NCBI GenBank assembly: GCA_041483175.1 | Contig: JBGPFD010000001.1 | Location: 1-47,807, forward strand | Length of the DNA stretch: 47,807 bases | Origin: Thermoanaerobaculia bacterium | Lineage (GTDB): Bacteria; Acidobacteriota; Thermoanaerobaculia; Gp7-AA8 | Direction of reading: 5' to 3' | Part shown: positions 26,795-34,336 of the stretch, in pieces | How the letters are laid out: every line of letters starts with the position of its first letter | Position numbering within the stretch: the stretch's first letter is position 1 | Position numbers and translations under genes: made by a program | Notes under the pieces: model-generated | Told to the model about the DNA's origin: nothing | Seen by the model: only the letters and a program-made list of their open reading frames with translations | Database searches by the model: none

Positions 26795-26850
26795 CGGCTC
26801 TTTAGCTTTTTTTTAGCTGGTTGCAAGCGGCCCCCAAATCAATCCAGCAC
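26795..26850 (-). promoter_or_regulatory. Candidate SAM-II-clan (SAM_alpha/metA-type) riboswitch aptamer.
   Basis: The minus-strand RNA reads GAUUGAUUUGGGGGCCGCUUGCAACCAGCUAAAAAAAAGCUAAAGAG. From memory this matches the SAM-II core (GAUUU..GCUU..UUGCA..GCUAAAAAAGCU). GCUU/AAGC pseudoknot pairing is possible. It lies upstream of a methionine-cycle gene and is followed by a terminator. No covariance-model check was possible. Confidence 0.45.
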
Positions 26851-26881
26851 CCGCAAATGTACGTTCTCGCCTGAAAGAAGT

Positions 26882-26940
26882 CAAACGTAGCGCCGGCTCT
26901 CAGCCGGCATGCGCCGCCTGGAGAGGCGGCGTTACGTTTG
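26882..26940. repeat. REP-like double-hairpin element (family copy 1), directly after the PBP1A stop.
   Basis: Outer stem caaacgta/tacgtttg. Hairpin 1 is gccggc-tctca-gccggc. Hairpin 2 is cgccgcc-tggaga-ggcggcg. Confidence 0.8.
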
Positions 26941-26943
26941 AGG

Positions 26944-29091
26944 TCACTTTCCGAAGATTTTCTTCAACTTTCCCCAGGCCCCTTCGACGCTCTGCCGTTC
27001 GCGATCAACCTCGTCCGCCCAGCGGCGGAACTGGTCGTAGGTGATCGCCGGCGGTTCGTCGAAATGTTCCTTGTCGAGAAAAACACGGCGAAGGATGGCG
27101 CCGAGCAGCCCGCGCGGGCACGCGTGCGTGGGGGCCGTTCCCTCGAGAAAGACCTCGTGCCACGGTCCGGGACAGCCGTCGCGCCAGAGCATGCCGCTAT
27201 CGGGATCGATGTCGCGGAAGGTGACGCCGGGTGGCGGTTTCGGCTCCGCGTGCTGGTGCGGAATGGCGCTCATGTACGACGCCCAGATCGGAATCGCCGC
27301 CTCGGCGGATGACAGCCGCAGCGGCGCGCCGTGATCGAATCCGACCCACACTGTGGTCACCATGTCGGGCGTATACCCGACGAACCACGCGTCGCGGTAG
27401 TCATTCGTCGTTCCGGTTTTTCCGGCGACGTAGCCGAGCCCCCAGCGCCCGAGGCGCGAAGCCGTTCCGCGCTGCACCACGCCACGCAGGAGCGTGTGCA
27501 TGACGTAAGCGGCATCGGCATTCACGACCTTCTTCGTTTCCGGCTGGTGGCTGAAGAGCGCCTTCCCCGCGTGATTGCGAACGGCGGTGAGCAGAAACGG
27601 CTCGGCACGCGTGCCGAGGTTCGGGAAGGGCGTGTAGGCGGCGGTCAACTCACGGATCGTAACTTCGATGACCCCGAGCGGAAGCGCGGGAATGGGGGCG
27701 AGCTTCTCGTCGAAGCCGAACTCCGCTGCCGTGCGCACCACACTCTTCACTCCGATCTGCTGCGTGAGACGGACGGTCGGCACGTTGAGCGATTTTTCGA
27801 ACGCTTCGCGGAGCGAGACGCGGCCGCGATAGCGCTCGTCGTAGTTGTGCGGCTCCCACGGCTCCTCACCGCGGACCTCGATGGTGACCGGCGAGTCGAG
27901 CAGGAGCGTCGCGGGCGTGGCGCGCTTCGAGGCGATCGCCGCCAGATAGGCGAAGGTCTTGAACGCCGATCCCGGCTGGCGGCGCATGGCGGATGTGCGA
28001 TCGAATGGTGAGACGTTGTAATCGGTGCCGCCGACGAGCGCCCGGATGCCGCCGCTGCGCGGATCGACGGAGAAGATGGCCACTTCCAGCGGCTCGTTGC
28101 GCGCCGCGGCGCGAATCCACGAGTGCCCCGCCTCGAGCTGACTCGGCGCGCGGCGCGCCACACGTTCCGCCGCGTGCTGCGCGTCGGGATCGATCTGGCA
28201 ATCGATTGTCAGCCCGCCTTCGATGACCGGCCGTATGCCGATCTGTTTCACCAGCTCGCCGCGAAGCGCGCGGAGATAAAAAGGAAACGGCGGCTGCGGA
28301 ATCGATCCTTCGACGAAGCGGACGTCGTGCGCGACGGCCTGGCGAAACTGGTCGTCGCTGATCCAGCCGCGCTTCTGCATCACCGCCAGGACGGCATCGC
28401 GGCGCGCGCGGACGACGTCGGGACGGCGCCACGGATTGTCGCGGTTCGGCGCGCGAATGATGCTGGCGAGCATGGCCGCTTCGTCGAGTCGCAGCTCACC
28501 CGGCAGCTTGTCGAGATAGAGCCGCGAGGCTTCATCGATTCCCAGGACCGGCTTTCCGGCTTTGTGCCCGAGGTAGACGTCGTTCAGATAGATCTCCAGG
28601 ATCTCGTCCTTCGACATGCGCGCATCGAGCAGCAGGGCGAGCGCGATCTCCACGAACTTCCGCCGCCAGGTTCGTTCCTGAGAGAGAAAACGCGCCTTGA
28701 TGATCTGCTGATCGATCGTGCTGCCGCCCTGCGTGATGCCGCCGGCGCGCACGTCCGCCAGCAGCGCGCGGGCCATTCCGACCGGGTCGATCCCGATGTG
28801 ATGCCGGAATCGGACATCCTCGGCGGCCTGGAAGGCCTTCGGGACGTAGTCGGGAAGTGTCCTCAGCGCCGCCGGCGGAGTGACGCGCCAGTCGACGCCG
28901 TAAAGCGTTGTCACCACTGCACGTGTGCTCGATCGGAGGACGGTCGGCTCGCGCCAGGTGTGATGAACCAGCTCGTTGGTCAGGCGGCGGTTCATCACGA
29001 AGAGGTAGACGGCGACCGTCTCCATTCCGACAAAGACGGCGAGAGCCAGGGCGATGGGCCACCACATCAGCGAGCGTGACAATCGCACCAT
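26944..29091 (-). CDS. Class A penicillin-binding protein (PBP1A family; glycosyltransferase GT51 plus transpeptidase).
   Basis: The GT51 motifs are EDVRFRHHIGIDP, GGSTIDQQIIK and RKFVEIALAL. The transpeptidase motifs are SAFK, SLN and KTGTT. Confidence 0.9.
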   Translation of the reverse strand: MVRLSRSLMWWPIALALAVFVGMETVAVYLFVMNRRLTNELVHHTWREPTVLRSSTRAVVTTLYGVDWRVTPPAALRTLPDYVPKAFQAAEDVRFRHHIGIDPVGMARALLADVRAGGITQGGSTIDQQIIKARFLSQERTWRRKFVEIALALLLDARMSKDEILEIYLNDVYLGHKAGKPVLGIDEASRLYLDKLPGELRLDEAAMLASIIRAPNRDNPWRRPDVVRARRDAVLAVMQKRGWISDDQFRQAVAHDVRFVEGSIPQPPFPFYLRALRGELVKQIGIRPVIEGGLTIDCQIDPDAQHAAERVARRAPSQLEAGHSWIRAAARNEPLEVAIFSVDPRSGGIRALVGGTDYNVSPFDRTSAMRRQPGSAFKTFAYLAAIASKRATPATLLLDSPVTIEVRGEEPWEPHNYDERYRGRVSLREAFEKSLNVPTVRLTQQIGVKSVVRTAAEFGFDEKLAPIPALPLGVIEVTIRELTAAYTPFPNLGTRAEPFLLTAVRNHAGKALFSHQPETKKVVNADAAYVMHTLLRGVVQRGTASRLGRWGLGYVAGKTGTTNDYRDAWFVGYTPDMVTTVWVGFDHGAPLRLSSAEAAIPIWASYMSAIPHQHAEPKPPPGVTFRDIDPDSGMLWRDGCPGPWHEVFLEGTAPTHACPRGLLGAILRRVFLDKEHFDEPPAITYDQFRRWADEVDRERQSVEGAWGKLKKIFGK

Positions 29092-29172
29092 GTTCGTCTA
29101 AATTACACCGCTACCAAGCAACCAAATTGCCACCGCGGTCGATCTCTGAAGTCTTCACAAAGGAGAAAACGC

Positions 29173-29577
29173 ATGGCCACCAGGAAACGGTCGAAGAAGT
29201 CCTCTTCCAAGCGCTCGAAATCGTCGGCGAAGAAGAAATCCGCCAGCCATTCGCGCAAGGGCAAAGGCGCAAAGAAGAGCGTCGCGAAAAAGAGACCGGT
29301 AAAGAAAGCCGCCGCGAAAAAGAAACCGGTAAAGAAAGCCGCCGCGAAAAAGAGCGCAGCCCCCAAGCCGGCGCCCAGCCGCAGCGCGCCGAAGCCCGCC
29401 GCCCCGGCACCGCGCCCGAGCAAGAGCGTGATCAGCCGCGTGGTCGAGCAGGTACGCGACACCGCCAGACCGTTCGGCTCGTCGATCGGAAGCACGATGC
29501 CTGGCCGCCGCGAAGAAGAGCCGTATGGCGGCGGCGGCGGGGAAGACCCGGAAGGCGGCTCCTCGGAAGAGTTCTGA
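29173..29577 (+). CDS. Lysine/alanine-rich histone H1-like nucleoid protein with an acidic Gly-rich tail.
   Basis: An aaggag RBS precedes ATG 29173. The protein begins MATRKRSKKSSSKRSKSSAKKKSASHSRKGKGAKKSVAKKRPVKKAAAKKKPVKKAAAKK. A 30-bp unit is tandemly repeated about 2.4 times at 29284..29355. Confidence 0.7.
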   Translation: MATRKRSKKSSSKRSKSSAKKKSASHSRKGKGAKKSVAKKRPVKKAAAKKKPVKKAAAKKSAAPKPAPSRSAPKPAAPAPRPSKSVISRVVEQVRDTARPFGSSIGSTMPGRREEEPYGGGGGEDPEGGSSEEF

Positions 29578-29585
29578 GGGTCTAT

Positions 29586-29643
29586 GCGACGTAGCGCCGG
29601 CTCTCAGCCGGCGCACGCCGCCTGGAGAGGCGGCGCTTCGTTG
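29586..29643. repeat. REP-like double-hairpin element (family copy 2), between convergent gene ends.
   Basis: It shares acgtagcgccggctctcagccggc and cgccgcctggagaggcggcg with copy 1, in the same orientation. Confidence 0.8.
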
Positions 29644-29650
29644 TTCGCCT

Positions 29651-30676
29651 TCAGCTCGCGTTCTCGAACACCTTCCGAATACGCTTCGAGAAGTACTTCT
29701 TCGGAAGGCCGTCTTTCCACGCCCGGAGTTGTTTCGCTTTCCGGAACGACTTCATCGCCGCGTTCCTGTACGTGGCATCGGCCTCGAACGCGTACTGTGA
29801 GTACTGCGACGCGCCGAGAAACGCCCATATCCAGCCATTTCTCGGCATCTCCTCCGACAGCTTGCCGAACTGCATCGCGGCGTCATCGAACTCACCGTTG
29901 AAATAGCTTTCCAGTGCCTGGCGGACGCGTTTCGTCGTATCGGCGATGACCACCTGCGTGGCGGTGCCCGGTCGCGTGACCGGCGGCGACGGCAGGCCGG
30001 GGGCCGTCGCCGCGTCGGCAAAAGTGGCGGCATTCTCGGCGAGCGCAATCACGGCGTTGAGATCGTCGTTCGACCGCGCCATGACGTTGCGCGTGTTCGC
30101 ATCGGCGACGGCCTGCAACGCCTGAACGTACTGCGGCGACTGGGTCGCTTTGCGCTGCTGCGCGGCAGCGAGATGCTGTTTCGCTTCGTTGATCGCCGCC
30201 TGAGCGCGCTGTTTGAGCGCCGCATCGATCGCCGGAACGGCCGGCTGCTGCGGCACAGGAACGGGTCGAACCGGCTGCGGTTGTGGCGCGACCGGCTGCG
30301 GCTCCGGCGTCGTGGCCGACGCAAGCTTCGTCTTGGCGCGCTCCATCAGCGTCTCGATCGGACCCTGATCGACCTCTCCCGGTCCGCTGGTCTTCTCGAA
30401 ATCCGCAATGGCCTGCTCGTATTTGCCGAGATTGAGAGAGGCCACGCCGCGGTAGTAGTAGGGGTGGTAATTGATGAAGATCGCGCCGTAGGTGCGGGCG
30501 TGATTGTCTTCCTTCGCATTTCCCTTGATCGCCGCTGTCATCTTCTGGACAACGACCTGCCATTGCCCCTTCCGCGCGGCGTCGAGTCCTGCATCGTAAT
30601 CGTCGTACCACGAGGCGAGCGCGATTCCCGCGGCCAGTTGCACAGCGAATGCGGCGACGATCACCTTCCGCATCAT
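29651..30676 (-). CDS. Secreted TPR-like protein with a Pro/Gln-rich linker; last gene of the kinase operon.
   Basis: Signal peptide MMRKVIVAAFAVQLAAGIALA. A TPR-like segment YYYRGVASLNLGKYEQAIADFEK. The ATGATG start overlaps the upstream TGA. Confidence 0.6.
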   Translation of the reverse strand: MMRKVIVAAFAVQLAAGIALASWYDDYDAGLDAARKGQWQVVVQKMTAAIKGNAKEDNHARTYGAIFINYHPYYYRGVASLNLGKYEQAIADFEKTSGPGEVDQGPIETLMERAKTKLASATTPEPQPVAPQPQPVRPVPVPQQPAVPAIDAALKQRAQAAINEAKQHLAAAQQRKATQSPQYVQALQAVADANTRNVMARSNDDLNAVIALAENAATFADAATAPGLPSPPVTRPGTATQVVIADTTKRVRQALESYFNGEFDDAAMQFGKLSEEMPRNGWIWAFLGASQYSQYAFEADATYRNAAMKSFRKAKQLRAWKDGLPKKYFSKRIRKVFENAS

Positions 30677-32406
30677 TGTTTTGTAACTTCCTTTTGCAGC
30701 TCGTCGAAGTTCACGCCGCCGAAATCGACCATCTTTGGCACGCGCTGTCCGGCGTCGATCTGCACGGCGAACGTTTTGGTCTCATTCGGTCCGCTCATGG
30801 TGACTAGATACTTTCCGGGCGCCAGCTCGATCCGTGTCGGCGTCGAGCGCGACTCATCATTCAGATTCACCGGCGCGTTATCCTTTTCGTTGATGATTTT
30901 GTCGACATCGCCCCACGGTGAGGCGGAGAGCAGCAGGACTCCCTGCCCGGCCGGAATGGCCGCCGTCGACGACGGAGCCGTCGCGGTGACGGTGGTCCCG
31001 CTGGCGACGCCCGTGCCTGTCACGCCCGGTTTCGTCCCGTGAGACGGCAACACGAACACGCCGATCCCGATGGCCAGAACGATAGCCGCGGCGATTGCCG
31101 AAAGGATCACCGTGTTCCTCTTTTTTGCCGCCGGCTGCATCTGCCGCTCGAGCACCGTCGGCGCGGCCTGCGACGTCCGTTCGAGCACGGTCGGCTCGTT
31201 GCTACCGGTGGCGACGCGTTCGATGAGCGTCGGCTGCTGCGAGGCCGTCACCGGAGCGAAGCCGCGTTCCACCACCGTGGCCTGATCGGCCTGTGTCCGC
31301 GCCGTGCCGGCGGTGGTCATTGCCGTCGGTGCGCTTCCGGTGGTGGGAACCTGTCCGGTGCGCACGCGCGGCACGTCGGTGACGGTGCGCTGCGCGGAAA
31401 GCGTGACCATCCGCTCGCCGAGGCCGTACTTCTCATCGGGGGCGATGGCGCTGCGGATCGCTTCGAGGCCCTCGGCAAATTCAGCGGCCGAAGCGAAGCG
31501 CTGATCGCGGCCCTTCTCCAGCGATTTCATGACCATCGCCTCGAGCTGCGGCGGGACGCTCACCTCGGGACTGAGCTGCGCGATCGGCAACGGCTTCTCG
31601 GTCACGTGCTTGAGGATGTAGCCGTGAGGATTGGTCGCCTGGAACGGCGCGCGGCCGGCGAGCATCTCGTACATCACGATGCCGAACGAATAGAGATCGC
31701 TGCGCGGATCGAGATGTTCGCCTTCTTTCAGAAAGCCCGCCTGCTCGGGCGAAGCGTATTTCAGCTTGCCCAGGAACATGCCCGTCTGCGTGAGGCCGTG
31801 ACCGGACTCCCCTTCGGCCAGCGATTTGGCGATGCCGAAGTCGATCACTTTCACCAGCAGCTTCCCGTGGTGATCCTGCGACAGCATGATGTTTTCGGGA
31901 GAGATGTCGCGATGGATCAGGCCCATGGAGTGCAGGTGCTCGAGTCCGTTGAGCGCCTGAATGGCCACTTCAATCGTCAACCGCGCCGGCATCGGCCCGT
32001 TCTGGAACGTCCACTTCTGAATGTTGATGCCGTCGATGAACTCCCACACCATGTAGTAGGAGCCGTCTTCGAGCTGCGCGAAGTCGTACAGCATCGCCAG
32101 GTTCTTGTGTTTGATCATCGTGGACGTGCGCGCCTCCTGGAGGAAGCGCTGCATGCCCTGATCGTCCGCGGCGACGTTCGGCCGCATGATCTTGATGACC
32201 CGCAGCTCGTTGAGATGGATGTGGCGCACCTTGAAGATCTCTCCCATCCCGCCGACGCCGAGGCGGTCGAGGATCTGGTACTTGCCGTCGATCAACCGGG
32301 CCGAATACGTGCGCTGAAAATTCGTCACCCGCTCGGCGCAGTGCGGGCACTGGTCGAGCTGGCTGTCGATCGGTTGCTTGCATCGCAGACAATTAATCTC
32401 TGGCAT
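30673..32406 (-). CDS. Ser/Thr protein kinase with an N-terminal zinc ribbon, one TM helix and an extracytoplasmic PEGA-like domain.
   Basis: CLRCKQPIDSQLDQCPHC is the zinc ribbon. Kinase motifs are GVGGMGEIFKV, VIKIM, HRDISPEN, DFG and SPEQ. The TM helix is VILSAIAAAIVLAIGIGVFVL. The C-terminal segment is LLLSASPWGDV...LAPGKYLVTM. ATG 32406. Confidence 0.85.
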   Translation of the reverse strand: MPEINCLRCKQPIDSQLDQCPHCAERVTNFQRTYSARLIDGKYQILDRLGVGGMGEIFKVRHIHLNELRVIKIMRPNVAADDQGMQRFLQEARTSTMIKHKNLAMLYDFAQLEDGSYYMVWEFIDGINIQKWTFQNGPMPARLTIEVAIQALNGLEHLHSMGLIHRDISPENIMLSQDHHGKLLVKVIDFGIAKSLAEGESGHGLTQTGMFLGKLKYASPEQAGFLKEGEHLDPRSDLYSFGIVMYEMLAGRAPFQATNPHGYILKHVTEKPLPIAQLSPEVSVPPQLEAMVMKSLEKGRDQRFASAAEFAEGLEAIRSAIAPDEKYGLGERMVTLSAQRTVTDVPRVRTGQVPTTGSAPTAMTTAGTARTQADQATVVERGFAPVTASQQPTLIERVATGSNEPTVLERTSQAAPTVLERQMQPAAKKRNTVILSAIAAAIVLAIGIGVFVLPSHGTKPGVTGTGVASGTTVTATAPSSTAAIPAGQGVLLLSASPWGDVDKIINEKDNAPVNLNDESRSTPTRIELAPGKYLVTMSGPNETKTFAVQIDAGQRVPKMVDFGGVNFDELQKEVTKQ

Positions 32407-32422
32407 CGTGGCTCCTGTGACA

Positions 32423-32480
32423 TTGCCGGTTACCTGTTTCCGGAGAGTTCCGGCAACTGGCAACCGGGAACCGGCAACTT
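32423..32480. repeat. Inverted heptamer arrays filling the spacer between the two kinase genes.
   Basis: ttgccgg ttacctg tttccgg at 32423..32443. ccggcaa ctggcaa ccgggaa ccggcaa at 32450..32477. The outer units are perfectly complementary. The array ends 16 nt from ATG 32406. Confidence 0.75.
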
Positions 32481-33695
32481 CTAGTGGTCTCTCACGACAT
32501 AGCTACACGACGGATCGGCGCCGAAACGCACGACGTCTCCCGGTTTGAGTTTGGCGCGTTCGACGCGCGTGTTGTTGACGTAGGTTCCATTCGCTGATTT
32601 CAGATCCTCGAGCACGCAGGAGCTTCCGCTCAACGTGATCTTCGCGTGCCGGCGCGAGACCGCCGGATGGGGCAGCACGATCGAACAACTGCGATCGCGG
32701 CCCACCATCACGCTCTCTCCCTGCAGCGCGTGCTTCTCGTTGACTTCCGGCTTCACGTTCACCAGCAGCCACTGCGGAGTCGCGGATCCGGCCGGCAGGG
32801 ATCGCACGGGCGTGGGGATGGCGCTCTGCGTCGGAGTGTAGACCGGACGGAGGTTGTACTCTTCGAGCGCGTCGTAGAACGCGCGGGCGCTCTCGTAGCG
32901 GCCGTCGAGCCGCGGGTACATTGCACGCAGCACGATGGCCTCCAGGTCGGCGTCGATCTCCGGGCGGATGGCGCTCGGCGCCTGTTTCTCGCCGCGATAG
33001 ATGGCGTCGATCAGCTTCGGAAGCGAGCGGCTGTTGAAGGGAAGCGCGCCGGTCAGCATCTCGTACAACACGACGCCCGCAGAGTAGACATCGCTTTTCG
33101 CGCCGGCGTCCTTCGGCTCGCGAATCTGCTCCGGCGACATGTAGTGGGGAGTGCCGAGGAGGAAGCCTGATTTGGTCAGTACGGTCTGTCCCATCGCGGC
33201 ACCCTCTTTGATCTTGGCGATTCCGAAGTCGGTCACCTTCACCACGCCCGGTTTTTCGCTGATCAGATTCGCCGGCTTGATGTCCCGATGGACAATTCCC
33301 TTTCCGTGCGCGTAAACCAGCGCTTCGAGCATGCACTGGGCGATGCCGATCGCCTCGGTGATCGGAAGCGCTCCTTTTTCCGATAGCAGGATGTCGACCG
33401 GCGTTCCTTCGACGAACTCCATCACCAGCACGGCGTTGTTGGCGTTGTTGATGAATTCGTAGAAACGGGTGATGTAGCGGTGTCGAAGTTTCTCCAGGAT
33501 CTGCGCCTCTTTGATGAAGCGCTTTCGGGCCGTCACTTCGCCGGCCAACTCCTCCGACATGATCTTCAGCACCACGGCAAAATTCTCGGGAAGCAGCTCC
33601 TTGCGCGCCACCGTCCGCCCGACGAAGACGTGGCTCATTCCCCCTTCGCCGATCTCGCGCTCGATGCGATAGTTGCCGATGACGTCGCCGATCAT
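32481..33695 (-). CDS. Cytoplasmic Ser/Thr protein kinase with a C-terminal FHA domain.
   Basis: Kinase motifs are GEGGMSHVF, VVLKIM, HRDIKPANL, DFGIAK and SPEQ. The FHA part is VMVGRDRSCSIVLPHPAVSRRHAKITL...DLKSANGTYVNN. Confidence 0.9.
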   Translation of the reverse strand: MIGDVIGNYRIEREIGEGGMSHVFVGRTVARKELLPENFAVVLKIMSEELAGEVTARKRFIKEAQILEKLRHRYITRFYEFINNANNAVLVMEFVEGTPVDILLSEKGALPITEAIGIAQCMLEALVYAHGKGIVHRDIKPANLISEKPGVVKVTDFGIAKIKEGAAMGQTVLTKSGFLLGTPHYMSPEQIREPKDAGAKSDVYSAGVVLYEMLTGALPFNSRSLPKLIDAIYRGEKQAPSAIRPEIDADLEAIVLRAMYPRLDGRYESARAFYDALEEYNLRPVYTPTQSAIPTPVRSLPAGSATPQWLLVNVKPEVNEKHALQGESVMVGRDRSCSIVLPHPAVSRRHAKITLSGSSCVLEDLKSANGTYVNNTRVERAKLKPGDVVRFGADPSCSYVVRDH

Positions 33696-34336
33696 TTCAA
33701 AGCGCCCTCGTCATCCCAGTAGAAGCTTTCGTTGCACAGCGGCGTGAACAGGAAGCGATGCGAGCCAATGCGCACGATGTCGTTGGCGACGAGATCGCGC
33801 CGCGGCTCGATCTCCTGTTCGTTGACGTACGTGCCATTCGTGGAGTTGTGATCCATCAGGATGAAGCGCCGCTCTTCCGGGCGGAAGACGAGATCAGCGT
33901 GATGCGTGGAGGCCTGATCGTCGTTGATTGCAACATCCGACCGGTGGTCGCGTCCGAGAGTGTTCCTGCCGATGCGCACCGGGAATGATTCGCCGCGCGC
34001 GGTTCCATTGAGCCCCACCAGCCAGCCGACGACATAGCGCTTCGGTTGTGCCTCGGGCGGCCCGATCTTCTGCGCCGCGACCGTGCGCTCCATCGGCGGC
34101 GGCTGCACCGGCGCCGTTTCACGCCGCGGCGGCGCGGCGGGCGGGGGAACCGGGGTGGGGCGGCGCGGCTCGGGCGGGGTCGTGGGAGGGCTCGCGTCCT
34201 GTGAGCCGAAACGGCTCGGGCGAACCACCGGAATGTCCGACTCTTTCTCTACCGCCGGACAGTACGGACAGAGGTCCCACGACTCGTCGATGAAGTGTCC
34301 GTTTTCGCAGCGTTTATCAGCCACTGCCAGCCTCAC
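33692..34336 (-). CDS. FHA domain protein with an N-terminal zinc ribbon and a Pro-rich linker.
   Basis: CENGHFIDESWDLCPYC is the zinc ribbon. The FHA part is FPVRIGRNTLGRD...ASTHHADLVF...DHNSTNGTYVNE. GTG 34336 overlaps the upstream TGA (GTGA), and its own stop overlaps the next ATG (ATGA). Confidence 0.85.
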   Translation of the reverse strand: MRLAVADKRCENGHFIDESWDLCPYCPAVEKESDIPVVRPSRFGSQDASPPTTPPEPRRPTPVPPPAAPPRRETAPVQPPPMERTVAAQKIGPPEAQPKRYVVGWLVGLNGTARGESFPVRIGRNTLGRDHRSDVAINDDQASTHHADLVFRPEERRFILMDHNSTNGTYVNEQEIEPRRDLVANDIVRIGSHRFLFTPLCNESFYWDDEGALK

